Assembly: GCA_963514005.1 (NCBI GenBank) | Contig: OY740817.1 | Span: 14,632,001 to 14,696,000, forward strand | DNA: 64,000 nt | Direction of reading: 5' to 3' | DNA from: Raja brachyura | Lineage: Eukaryota | Shown here: positions 35,121 through 47,309 of the stretch, one piece after another | Position numbering within the stretch: position 1 is the stretch's first letter | Layout: every line of letters begins with the position of its first letter | Notes under the pieces: model-generated | Databases searched by the model: none | What the model was told of the DNA's origin: nothing | What the model saw: the letters and a program-made list of their open reading frames with translations, nothing else | Made by a program: the position numbers and the translations under genes

Positions 35121-37178
35121 CAGGGCCGGCCTTAGGAGGTGTGGGGCCCAATTGGGAACAATTTTGGTGAGCCCCAGGTCTGTGGAATCATAGAAATATT
35201 AAAATCAGCCAAGGTCTGTAGCATCATAGAAATATAAATATAGTCTATTATAGATTTTATATCTCTATGGTAGAATAGAAAGAAATCAAAAAGTGCATGC
35301 GAGTAAATGGACCAAACAGATCTAAGCTACATTTTAATGTAAAATTGAAAACACGTAAGCCTACAAGTAACAAACAAAATGTGTAGATCACCTCTGAAAA
35401 GTACATAGTTACAATAAAACGTATTTTTGTGACTGCGAAATGAAAAAAAAAAAAAATTTAATTAACTAGATCCTGGAAAACCAATAACCATTGGTGAAAA
35501 ACCAGTCCAGGCATTAAATTTTGGGCTTCAGCCCCACCGTACCCTTTTGGGTTTGATTACTGCAGACCTCTTTGAGTGGAAGACTTGCATAAAACCACGG
35601 ATTTTACGATTTATCTACTTGGTTTCCCCTCCCAAGTTGACTCTCTCCAACTTTCCCCACGAGAGCTCCGTTAACTAAATATATTTTCTTAATTACATTT
35701 GGTCGCTTCTCTCCAGAAGCTGGTAAATTCAAATCCAGGCATGTATTGAAAGTTGAGCGGTGTTTTCCACATATAGATGCGGTGTCTATACTCAAAAACA
35801 TCATTACAGCATAATATGTTGCTCAGTTTCAACTGTATGGTGCCCTCCAATCCTCTCATACTGTGAATTGATTTATTAATTTTTTTTTCAGAAAGAAACA
35901 TTTCAGAATTTAAGTGCAATGTTGGAAACAAATTATGTTTTTTGGATTGCTATTAACAATCATAAATTATAAATGGGTCATATTATTATTACCTTTTATT
36001 ATGAGAAAGTTATCTTTCTTGCTTTTTTCTCTGCAAAGTCGTTTAGAATTTTGTCTAAGTTTAAACTCCTGCTAATTTCAGATTCAATGGACATAATTGC
36101 CAAACTGTTCAAATGTTCGTGCTGAATTGATGATCTCAAGTAAATTTTCATCAGTTTCAGCTTGGAAAAAACCTTTCTCCAGGTGCCACAGTCACTGGGA
36201 TTGTCAAGAAAATCCAAAGAGTAATAAATACATTTGGAAATGCGGTAGATCTGTTGTTGCAGGCAAGGAATTCAAGCATTTTCAGCAGATAATCTTTGCT
36301 GCAGTTCACAACAACTGAGCATAGCCTGCAAATGCTTTCTGGAGGTCTCATGCTCAGCTAGCCTTGTATGAATGTTCAGCCAGTTATTAAAAACCACAAC
36401 TTGCAAGTGCACTTGCTGCGTTACCATCAAAAAGCTTGCGGTAGTAACAGAAGGTTTTATCACTTGATACAGAGTATATTAGCCATGGACCATCTACAAT
36501 TTCACCATTTGGCAGTTTTCTTTTGCAGTGAAAGTTTGAAAAAAGGGATCCACTCTCATTCTTGGGGAAAAATTCTACTATAATTGTAGGTGGTCCTTTT
36601 TTCACTGAATAGTCCCCAACACTCTGACTGATCATTTCTGCCATGTTGCAGGATCATCTATTAATTCTACAAAACTGGCAGATTTTGAATTCCCGTTCTC
36701 CCTTGCCTCAGAGGCACCAGCAGCCATGTCAACAGGGAAATGTCCTAGTTTGTCAATTTAACTTTCGAAATGGCCGATCTCACTTTCAGTACATAACTTC
36801 TTCAGACTGGCTTCCTTCTGTGTCATTGTCTTCACTGTGTTGTGGCTCCACTTGCTAGTCTGCATTTTCTGAGATCGTTTTGCTGAAATACTTATCTAAT
36901 GTACCTTTCTCCTTTTCTGCTTCGGCCTTCTTTGCCTTGGCTACATCCCTCTTCTTACTGCCACTCAAATATGTTCAGCCGATGACCCTTATCTTTTACT
37001 CATATTTACAGAAACCACAGAAATCTCTGTAGAACCTGCAATGTGGTGTTATATATATATTGCAATAAGTTGTTGTGTGTACTTGACGAGCCAAGAATAC
37101 ATTACTCTAGCGTGGGGCCCCCTTAGGCGTGGGGCCCAATTGGGAGCAATTGGCCCAATTGGCTTAAGGCCGGCCCTG
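35121..37178 (-). mobile_element. hAT transposon with internally deleted transposase, inserted in a CR1
   Basis: TIR CAGGGCCGGCCTTA / TAAGGCCGGCCCTG and 8-bp TSD GATCTAGG. TTF-type zinc finger (WLIYSVSSDKTFC) and hATC dimerisation remnants (IPVTVAPGERFFSKLK...LAIMSIE). Confidence 0.95.
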
Positions 37179-37437
37179 GATCTAGGAATACAGGTGCATG
37201 GTTCCTTGAAGGAGCCACAGGTAGATGGGGAGGACAAAAAGGCTTTTGGCACATTGGCCTTCATCAGTCAGAGTATTGAGTATAAAGGTTAGGAGATTAT
37301 GTTCATAAGGTCATGTGATAGGAGTAGAATTAGGTCATTTGGCCCAACATCTACTCTGCCATTCAATCTTGGCTGATCTATCTCGGCCTCCTAACCTCAT
37401 TTCCTGCTTTCTCTCCATAACTCCTGACACCCGTACT

Positions 37438-38680
37438 ATTCAATTCAATTCAATTCAACTTTAATGTCATTGCACAAATACAAGTGTAGGTACAACGAAA
37501 TGCAGTTTAGCGTCGTTCGTAGTGATAGCAATATGGAAAAATAAATACAGAATGCAGACAATGTGGACGGAGAGACTGGAGAAATCTATCAGCGGGACTC
37601 CGAGTTCAGCAGTGTGATGGTGTTATTGTAGAAGCTGTTCCTCATCCTACTAGTGCGGGACATGAGGCTCCTGTACCGCCTCCCTGATGGTAGGAGGGCA
37701 AACAGTCCATGGTTAGGGTGTGAGGGGTCCTTGATGATCTTCCCGGCCCATTTCAGACACCGTTTATGGTGGAGGGCATCCATGGGAGGGAGTGGGGCAC
37801 CGATGATGTACTGGGCGGTTTTCACCACCCGTTGTAGTGCCTTCCTATCTGCCACGGTGCAACTGCTGTACCATACCGTAAAGCAGGTGGTCAGGATGCT
37901 TTCGATGGTACAGCGGTAAAGGTTGGTCAGGATCTGGGGGGACAGGTGGGCTTTTTTGAGCCTCCTCAGAAAGTAAAGGCGCTGCTGTGCCTTTTTGATC
38001 AGCTTTGAGGTGTTGAGGGACCAGGACAGATCCTCCGAGATGTGTACCCCGAGGAATTTGTAGTTGGAGACCCGCTCCACCTCAGTCCCGTTTATATGGA
38101 TGGGGGTGTGTCTGCCCCCTCTCTTCTTCCTAAAGTCAACAATGATTTCCTTCGTCTTCTGGGAGTTGAGGACGAGGTTATTGTTGGCACACCAGGTCAG
38201 GTGCTGGACCTCCTCCCTGTAGGCTGATTCGTCGTTGTCACTGATCAGTCCTACCACCGTGGTGTCGTCGGCAAATTTTATGATGGTGTTGGAGCCATAC
38301 TTAGGGATGCAGTCATGCGTGAAGAGGGAGTAGAGGAGAGGGCTGAGCACACAGCCCTGTGGCACGCCGGTGTTCAGTGTTATAGTGGAGGAGGTGAGGT
38401 TGTTGACCCTAACAGACTGTGGTCTGTTAGTGAGGAAATCCAGTGTCCAATTGCAGAGGGAGGTGGAGATGCCAAGACCGCTGAGTTTGGTGATCAAGCT
38501 CGCGGGTATGACAGTGTTAAAGGCGGAGCTGAAGTCAATAAACAGCAGCCTGATGTAGGTGTTGTTGCTGTCCAGGTGGGTCAGGGCAGAGTGTAGGGCC
38601 GCCGATATGGCGTCCTCTGTAGACCTGTTTGTCCAGTAGGCAAATTGGTGGGAGTCCAGTGTGGGGGGGAGGCTGGCTTT
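37438..38680 (-). mobile_element. Rex1/Babar LINE, 5'-truncated, open RT ORF
   Basis: ORF 37589-38722 with [18 protein letters not shown] and KFADD; (ATTGA)n tail; nested in a CR1 3' end. Confidence 0.95.
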
Positions 38681-38914
38681 GAGAATCAAGAATCTATCTA
38701 TCTCTGTGGCAAAGAATTTCACAGATTCACCACCCTCTGACTAAATAAATTCCTTCTCATCTCCTTCCTAAAGGAATGTCCTTTAATTCTGAGGCTTTGA
38801 CCTCTTGTCCTAGATTCACCCACTGGTGGAAACATCCTCTCCACATCCACTCTATCCAGGCCTTTCACCATTCTGTACGTTTCTGTATGATTCTGTGCTT
38901 TTCACCATTCTGTA

Positions 38915-40005
38915 CGGAGGTTGCAGTTGGATAAGACGTTGGTGAGGCCGCATTTAGAATATTGTGTCCTGTTCTGGGCACCATGTTATAGAAAAGATAT
39001 TGTCAAACTGGAAAAGGTACAGGGAAGATTTAAGAGTATGTTGCCAGGACTCGAGGGAGAGGTTGAGTAGGCTGGGACTCTATTCCTTGGAGAGCAGTAG
39101 CTGAGGGGTGATCTTGTAGATATGTATAAAATCATGAGATGTAGATGCACAGAGTAGGGGAATCGAGAACAAGAGGACATAGGTTTAAATTGAAGGGGAA
39201 TATATTTAATAGGAATCTGAGGGGTACCTTTTTCACACAAAGGGTGGTGGGTGTATGGAACGAGCTGCCAGAGGAGGTAGTTGAGGCAGGGACTATCCCA
39301 ACGTTAAGAAACAGTTAGACAGGTACATAGATAGGACAGGTTTAGAGGGATATGGGCCAAACGCAGGCAGGTGGGACTCGTGTAGCTGGGACATCGTGGC
39401 CGCTGTGGGCAAGTTGGGCCAAAGCATAACAGTGCCTCTACTTCCTGAGAAGATTACGGAGATTCGGTATGTCAAAGAGGAGTCTCTTGAACTTCTACAG
39501 GTGCACAGTAGAGAGCATGCTGACCGGTTGCATTGTGGCTTGGTTTGGCAACATGAACGTCCAGCAGCGGAAAAAACTGCAAAAACTTGTAAACACTGCC
39601 CAAGCCATCAATGGCTCTGACCTCCCCACCATTGAAGGGATCTATTGTAGTCGCTTTCTCAAAAAGGCAGCCAACATCATCAAAGACCCACACCATCCTG
39701 GCCACACACTCATCTCACCATTGCCGTCGGGAAGAAGGTGCAGGAGTCTGAGAACTGTAACGTCCAGGTTCAGGAATAGCTGCTTCCCTACAGCCATCAG
39801 GCTATTAAACACGGCAACCTCATATGCAATGAACTACAATAGACTTTTGTTATTATTATTATTGCACTGTTATTGTTTGTCTTTTTTTTCCTGAGTTTTT
39901 GTTATTATTTATTATGATTACATATTCTGTGGTGCTGCAGCAAGTAAGAATGTCATTGTTCTATCTGGGACATATGACAATAAAACGCTCTTGACTTGAT
40001 TGAAT
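38915..40005 (+). mobile_element. CR1 3' fragment followed by a Rex1 3' fragment
   Basis: VRPHLEYC at about 38940. ORF 39469-39894 encodes the Rex1 C-terminus, followed by a (CTTGA)n tail. Confidence 0.8.
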
Positions 40006-41347
40006 AATTGAATAAGTTTATTGGCCAAGTATGTTCACATACAAGGAATTTGTCTTGGTGCTCCGCTCGCTCAGCACTGTATTTTAGAGATACAGAGCAG
40101 AAACAAGCCCTTCGGCCCACCAGGTCTGTGCTAACCAGCGATCACCCCGTACACTTGCACTATCAAACACATCAGGGACAATTTACAATTTTTACCAAAG
40201 ACAATTAACTTACAAACATTCACGTCTTTGGAGTGTGGGAGGAAACCGGAGGACCCAGAGAAAACCCACACGGTCACGGAGAGAAATATACAGCATGGAA
40301 ACAGGCCCTTCAGACCACCGAGTCCGCGTCGACAAGCGATCACCCTGTACCCTAGTTTTATCCTACACACTAGGGACAATTTACATTTTACAGAAGCCAA
40401 TTAACCTGTATGCCTTTCTGATGTGGGTGAAAAACCGGAGCACCCAGAGAAAACCCACTTGGTCACAAGGAGAAGGTACAAATTCAGTTGTAGTCAGGAT
40501 GGAACCCAGGTCTCTGGGCAGTCAGTTGAAAACCCACCCACTCCCCTCAGCAAGAGGCAACAGTTCCCTTTGAAAACCTACATGGAACTAATATTTGGTG
40601 TGAGAAAACAAAACATGTTGGAAAAAAACCGACAACATTTCACCTGAGAATGTAAATTTTAAGAGGTTTTTAAAATTAAATTACTTGTGCAAACCCAGAT
40701 GTTCCATCTATATATTTTATAACATTTCAGAAAGATATTTTGGCTAATTTAAGGCAGACTTGAATGGGATGTATAAGTTGTGTAGGAAGGAACTGTAGAT
40801 GTTGGTAGACATGCCAAATGCTGGAGTAACTCAGCAGGTCAGACAGCATCCCTGGAGAAAAGGAATGGGTGATGTTTCAGGTCGACACCTTTCTTTAGTC
40901 TGGGGTGTATAATTTTACACAGTTTAAGAAATTGCACAATCAAATGAGATGTGATATTTAAAAATAGGCACGTGTTGGAGGCACGGTGGCGCAGCGGTAG
41001 AGCTGCTGCCTCACAGCGCCAGAGACCCGGGTTCAATCCTGACTACGGGTGCCGTCTGTACGGAGTTTGTGCGTTCTCCCCGTGACCTGCGTGGGTTTCC
41101 CTCCCACTCTGCAAAAACGTGCAGGTTTGTAGGTTAATTGACTTGGTGTACGTGTAAATTGTCGTTAGTGCGTGTTGGATAGTGCTGGTGTGCGGGGATC
41201 GCTGGTCGGAGCAGACTCGGTGGGCCGGTGCATGTCCAGACTAAACTAAAGCAAACAAATGAAACGTATACACATTAATTCTCGGACAGCTCCACAGGAC
41301 GTGCACTCCATAAATCTCAGCTTCCATCGCCTCCAGCTTTGTTGTTG

Positions 41348-41400
41348 CTACAGATTAACAGCGGAGTCTACAGATGTCCTCGACGTTCTGTGCGTGGCCT
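41348..41400 (-). other. Candidate terminal (cytoplasmic or 3' UTR) exon of the B7-like gene
   Basis: Unique sequence with acceptor TTGTTTGTCCACTTTCAG at 41401. Direct splicing from the TM exon creates a TG|A stop; the phase-1 frame reads ATHRTSRTSVDSAVNL*. Confidence 0.3.
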
Positions 41401-42774
41401 CTGAAAGTGGACAAACAACTATCATCGCAAAGGCGCTCCAGCTCAGAGAATGAATATTTTTAAGGGAGAGAGAGATAGATTTTTGATTAGTACGGATGTC
41501 AGAGGTTACGGAGAGAAGGCAAGAGGGTGGGGTTAGGAGGGGGAGATAGATCAGCCATGATTGAATGGCGGAGTAGACTTGATGGGCCGAATGGCCTAAT
41601 TTTACTCCTATTCCTTATGACATGAAAGGAATCAAAACAATGTGGGGGACAAACAGAACCGTAACATCAGAGCAATAAACTTTAAAAAGTCCCTGTCAGT
41701 GACATTGCGTGTACGTTATTGTCTAGTTTAATTTAGTTTTTCATCGTACAAGGTTCAACTTAATATTAGTTTTGGTTTAGTTTAGTTTAGAGATACAGAA
41801 TGGAAACAGGCCCTTCAGCCCACCGAGTCCGTGCCAACCATCGATCTCCCTTCACACTAGTTCCACTTTCGCATCCACTCCTCACACATTCGGGACAATT
41901 TACAGAGGCCAATTGACCTACGACCCCCACGTCTTTGGGGGCTGTCTATGTGGAGTTTGCATGTTTCCCCTGCAACCGCGTGAGTTTCCTCCTAGTGCTC
42001 CGGTTTCCTCCCACATCCCAAACACTTGTGGGTTTGTAGGTTAATTGGCCCTCTGTAAATTACCCCCAAGAGAGTGGATGGGAGAGTGGGACATGATTGA
42101 ACTAGTGGGAACGGGTGATGGAAGGTCGGCGTGGACTGTGGGCCTGTTTCTAGTGCCAAACACTTGCTCTCACCGAGTCCCATCTACCTGCACTCAGACC
42201 ATAACCCTCCATTCCTTTCCCGTCCATATACCTATCCAATTTATTTTTAAATGATAACATCGAACCTGCCTCCACCACTTCCACTGGAAGCTCATTCCAC
42301 ACAGCTACCACTCTGAGTAATGAAGTTCCCCCTCATGTTACCCCTAAACTTTTGTCCCTTAATTCTCAAATCATGTCCTCTTGCATGAATCTTCCCTACT
42401 CCCAATGGAAAAAGCTTATCCACGTCAACTCTGTCTATCCCTCTCATAATGTTAAAGACCTCTATCGTCCCCCTTAACCTTCTGCACTCCAAAGAATAAA
42501 GACCTATCTTGTTCAACCTTTNNNNNNNNNNNNNNNNNNNNNNNNNNNNNNNNNNNNNNNNNNNNNNNNNNNNNNNNNNNNNNNNNNNNNNNNNNNNNNN
42601 NNNNNNNNNNNNNNNNNNNNNNNNNNNNNNNNNNNNNNNNNNNNNNNNNNNNNNNNNNNNNNNNNNNNNNNNNNNNNNNNNNNNNNNNNNNNNNNNNNNN
42701 NNNNNNNNNNNNNNNNNNNNNGAGTTGATTGCATTAGTCGAAACAGGGCGGACCACGTGAAGGTTGCAATCTTC

Positions 42775-43910
42775 CAACCCAGCTCATCCACCTTTCTTAC
42801 AATGCTCCTAGCATTAAAATATACACATTTAAGAAACCCACCACCTCTTATTCTCCGTTTATTATCTTTTTCTTCTTTCTCCCCTACATGTTGGGTCTGA
42901 ATGCTTCCCTTCTCTGCCTCCTGCCTCACACACTGTCTACTAGCTTTCTCTATTTGAGTCCCTCCCCCCAACCGTTCTAGTTTAAAGTCTCCCCAGTAGC
43001 CTTTGCAAATCTCCCCGCCAGGATATTGGTTCCCCTCGGGTTCAAGTGCAACCCGTCCTTTTTGTGCAGGTCACACCTTCCCCAAAAGAGGTCTCAATGA
43101 TCCAGAAACTTGAATCCCTGCCCTCTGCACCAGTCCCTCAGCCACGCATTTATCCTCCACCTCACTCCATTCCTACTCTCACTGTCGCGTGGCACAGGCA
43201 GTAATCCTGAGATTGTTACTTTTGCAGTCCTTCTCTTTAACTCTCTTCCTAACTCCCTAAATCAGGACCTCTTCTCTTTTTTTACCTATGTCGTTGGTAC
43301 CTATATGTACCACGACCTCTGGCTCCTCTCCCTCTCATTTCAGGATATCTTGGACACGTTCAGACACATCCCAGACCCTGGCACCAGGGAGGCAAACTAC
43401 CACCCCGGTCTCCTGACTGCGTCCACAGAATCGCCTATCTGACCCCCTAAATATAGTCCCCTATTATTATTGCCCTCCTCTTCCTTTCCCTACCCTTCTG
43501 AGCAACAGGGCCGGTCTCTGTACCGTAGGCCCAGCCGCTGTTGCTACCCCCAGGTAGGCTGTCCCCCCCAACAGCACTCAAACAGGAGTACTTCTGGCCA
43601 AGGTGTACAGCCACCGGGGTACTCTCTAGTCCCTGCCTCCGCCCCTTGCCCCTCCTAACCGTGACCCACTTGGCTGCCTCCCGTGGTCTTGGAGTGACCA
43701 CCTCTCTATAACTCTTCTCTATGACCTCCTCACTCTCCCTGACCAGACAGAGGTCATCGAGCTGCTGCTCCAGGTTCCTAATACGGTCCCTTAGGAGCCC
43801 CATCTCGACGCACCTGGGGCAGATGTGGACCTCTGGAAGGCTATCAGACTCCATGACTTCCCACATCTGACATCCAGAACAATAAAATGCCCTGGGCCTC
43901 ATACTCCCCC
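42775..43910 (-). mobile_element. CR1 5' region: ORF1 (zinc finger + esterase-like) and start of ORF2
   Basis: ORF 43447-43902 has CSGC...CPRC, a coiled coil and RAIIIGD. ORF2 starts LKCVYFNARSI. Confidence 0.85.
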
Positions 43911-44046
43911 CTTACCCTGGATACAATGCAAAGTGCAGGAAGAAATCAGCAGGGCCGGCAGTATCTAGGGTTATTCTCAATCAGCTGTTTCCTCTAGTCC
44001 GCAATTATGTAAAATTTCGCTAAACTATAGAGGTTAAAACACTCAC

Positions 44047-44188
44047 CATTTACTAGGGACGTGGAAATGTCGCAGTAAGAGGTAGAGCAGCAGCAGCAAC
44101 AGTGTGATAGCAGCGATGGAGGCCGGCACAATCCACCGGTGATCTGTGGCTCTCACCATTTCCTTCGGATTCTCTTGCGGGAAAGACA
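44047..44188 (-). CDS. B7-like gene exon 6: stalk + transmembrane + short cytoplasmic segment
   Basis: tttctgtgtcag| ... |gtgagt, phase 1 to 2. Reads SFPQENPKEMVRATDHRWIVPASIAAITLLLLLLYLLLRHFHVPSK. Confidence 0.85.
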
Positions 44189-44837
44189 CTGACACAGAAA
44201 CATCCGCTCAATATTGATGCAAATATTAAAAATCAGAAACCAAAAAAACTTTTGTGCAATTTTCCACAGAATCCTTGGAGGTATGAGGAATACAATGTAG
44301 TTTAGAGGTTTAGAGATACAGTGCGTAAACAGGCCCATGGGCCCACCGAGTCTGCACCGACCAGCGATCCCCACACATTAGCACTATCCCACACTACGGA
44401 CAATTTACATTTATACCAAGCCAATTAACCTGTACGTCTTTGGAGTGTGGGAGGAAACTGGAAATCTCTGAAAACACCCACGTGCGGTCAGGGGGCGAAC
44501 GTACAAACGCTGTACAGACAGCACCCGTAGTCAGGATTGAACCTGGATCTCTGTAAGCGCTGTATGCCAGCAACTCTACCACTGCGCCACTGTAGCACCC
44601 CGCTGTTTCCCAACTACGCTGTATCACTAAACTAAACTTCCGAAGTATGCTTACATTTTACAACTTCCACTTCACCACCATTGTGTAGGAAGGAACTGCA
44701 GATGCTGGTTTACACAGAACACAGACACAAAATGCTGGAGTAACTCAGTGGGACAGGCAGCATCTCTGGAGAGAAGGAATGGTTGAGACCTTTCTCCAGA
44801 CACCACAAGCTTAAAAACAAAGATCATGAATCTTTAC

Positions 44838-45176
44838 CTGCTACTTGTAGTGTGACTGTAACTCGTAGAACCACGCTGTAGCCCCCAGTGGGGTGTTTCC
44901 ACTGAATGAAGCATGTGTACATGGCTGCATCGCTCACTCGGAGGTCGGTGATAAGAAGGGAGAAGTTGCCGCGTTTGAACTCTGTGGTGAACAGCCTTGC
45001 CCTGGTGCCCAGGCCCGATGTGTGGTCCTCTCTGCCCATATGGAAGGAATGGATTAACTGCTTGCCCACCTGCCAGTAAACGCGAATATCATTGTTGGCT
45101 TGTTTCCACACGTTGGTGTCCAGACAGGGCAGGAGGGCACTTTCACCCACAAAACCCGTGAGGTTAGACAGCGACA
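44838..45176 (-). CDS. B7-like gene exon 5: second IgV domain (recent duplicate)
   Basis: 339 nt, phase 1-1, intact AG/GT. LPC...RVYWQ...GNFSLLITDLRVSDAAMYTC...VTLQVA. Confidence 0.75.
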
Positions 45177-46707
45177 CTGGGGATAAAATAAGGACAAAAT
45201 AAGCCAGGGTCTCGTCCACTCATTCATTCTCCCCACAGATGCTGCATGTCCCGCTGAGTTACTCCAGCATTTTATGACTATCTTCGGCTGAAACCAGCAT
45301 CTGTAGTTCCTTCCTACACATTTTTTTTAGTTTAGAGATACAGCGCGGAAACAGGCCCTTTGGCCCACTGAGTTCACGCCAACTAGTGATCCCCGCACAC
45401 TAACACACTAGGGACAATTTACAATCATACCAAGCCATTTAGCCTACAAACCTGTACGTCTTTGGAGTGTGGGAGGAAACTGGGGATCCCGGAGAAAACC
45501 AACACAGGTCACACAGAGAGAACGTGCAAACTCCGTACAGACAGCACCCGTAGTCAGGATCGTCCCCGGGTCTCTGGCGCTGTGAGGCAGCGACTCTACC
45601 GCTGCGCTACCGTGCCACCCCGGTGTTTCCCAACTGCGCTGAATGCCATTTTAAATTCTCAATGGCCCTTTCACTACTTCCAATTGTTCTACTACCCTCG
45701 ATTGCCCAAAATAGGTGCGAGGGGGAAAGTTTAAAGGAGAAGTGAGAGGGCAGTTTTTTTACAGAGTGTGGTGGGTGCCTGGAATGCAGTGCCAGGGGTG
45801 GTGGTGGAGGCTGATACGATAGTGGTGTTTAAGAGGCTTTTAGTTAGGCACACGGATAGGCAGGGAACGGAGGGATATGGATCATGAGAAGGCAAGGGAG
45901 ATCAGTTTTACTTTGCTTCATGCTTGGCACAGACATTGTGGGCCGAAGGGCCTGTTCTGTTCTGAATCCTCATAAGTTCATAAGTGATAGGAGCAGAATT
46001 AGGCCATTCGGCCCATCAAGTCTACTCCACCACTCAATCGTGGCTGATCTATCTCTCCCTCCTAAACCCATTCTCCTGCCTTCTCCCCATAACCCCCAAC
46101 ATCTTCTACAACTTTGCCACCAGCTACAGCCGGTGATGGCATAGTTATGGGGCGTGAAATAGGAGCTCAACAAATCAAAGAATGAAGACAGAACGGAATC
46201 GTCATCTCAGTGAAAGACAATACAAGTTTCTTTTATTCTATGGATCCCAGAAATGACAAACAGAAAATACTTATCAGGTCAGGCAGCATCTATGGGAAGA
46301 GAAGTATTCAACGTTGTAGGTTGAAGAGCCAAGAGACATTTAGTTTAGTTTATTGTCACGTGTACCGAGGTACATTGGAAAGCTGTTTTTGTTGCGTGAT
46401 ATCCAGCCAGCGGAAAGACTATACATGATTACAATCGAAGAAAGCTCTCAATCCGAAACGTCACTTATCCCTATTCTCAGAGATGCTGCCTGACCCGCTG
46501 AGTTACTCCAGCAATTTGTGTCTATCTTCAGTGTAAACCAGCATCTGCAGTTCCTTCCCACAACATGATTACAATGTACAGATACAGGATAAAGGAAATA
46601 ACCTTTAGTGCAAGATAAAGTCCAGTAAAGTCAACTTGAAATGTTACGGTTGTTGTCTATATTGAGGGAGTTTTTCCAAGGAGAAATTATTTTTTTCCCC
46701 CACTTAC

Positions 46708-47004
46708 TTGCAGTAAAGGTTTCAGTTTGTTTCTCCTTCAGCCTGGTGTTGTAAATGCTACAGGTGATGCAGTGTACTCCAGCGGACACCCACAGGACCG
46801 AGGTTACGTTGCACAGTCTCTCCGGGGAGCAGTCGGTGTGGGTTGTGGCCGTGTTGTTCGGATCCAGGTTCAGGGACCCGCAGGTCCAGCCCACCGCTGG
46901 GGCTGGATACCCTCCCCAGGAGGAGCAGGTCAGCCTCAGCACCCCTCCTGCACCTTGCTGCCCCTCCGACAGATCCGTACTCAGGGTCGGCTTGGCAAAG
47001 TGGG
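46708..47004 (-). CDS. B7-like gene exon 4: IgC domain
   Basis: ttccattccag| ... |gtaagt, 297 nt, phase 1-1. AHFAKP...LTCSSWGGYPAPAVGW...NVTSVL...ITCSIYN. Confidence 0.9.
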
Positions 47005-47309
47005 CTGGAATGGAACAGCAGCGTTAACATTAACAACAGCGCTGACTGGCTGGCACCCAACAAACGCTTTTCACTGTTCCTCGATAGACTTTTATTTTAA
47101 ATTTCAAAATATACTTTCTTCGAGAAATAAATATATCCAACACATGATCCTTACATCCAACATTCTCGGATGCTATACATACATTCAATACTGTTTACGC
47201 AAATCACACAATGTTACCCCACACCCTTGCCACTCATGTGGCCCACTTGCATGGAATCCCTTCCCTTATTTAGAGGGGCGTCTCCACCACACCACAGACC
47301 AGACACCGG

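Noticed and set aside
44824-45219. ORF-track proteins starting MDETLAYF (also 49280-49675)
   Set aside because: The N-terminal residues come from intron and polypyrimidine tract, and the terminal KDS is read-through of the donor. These are internal exons.
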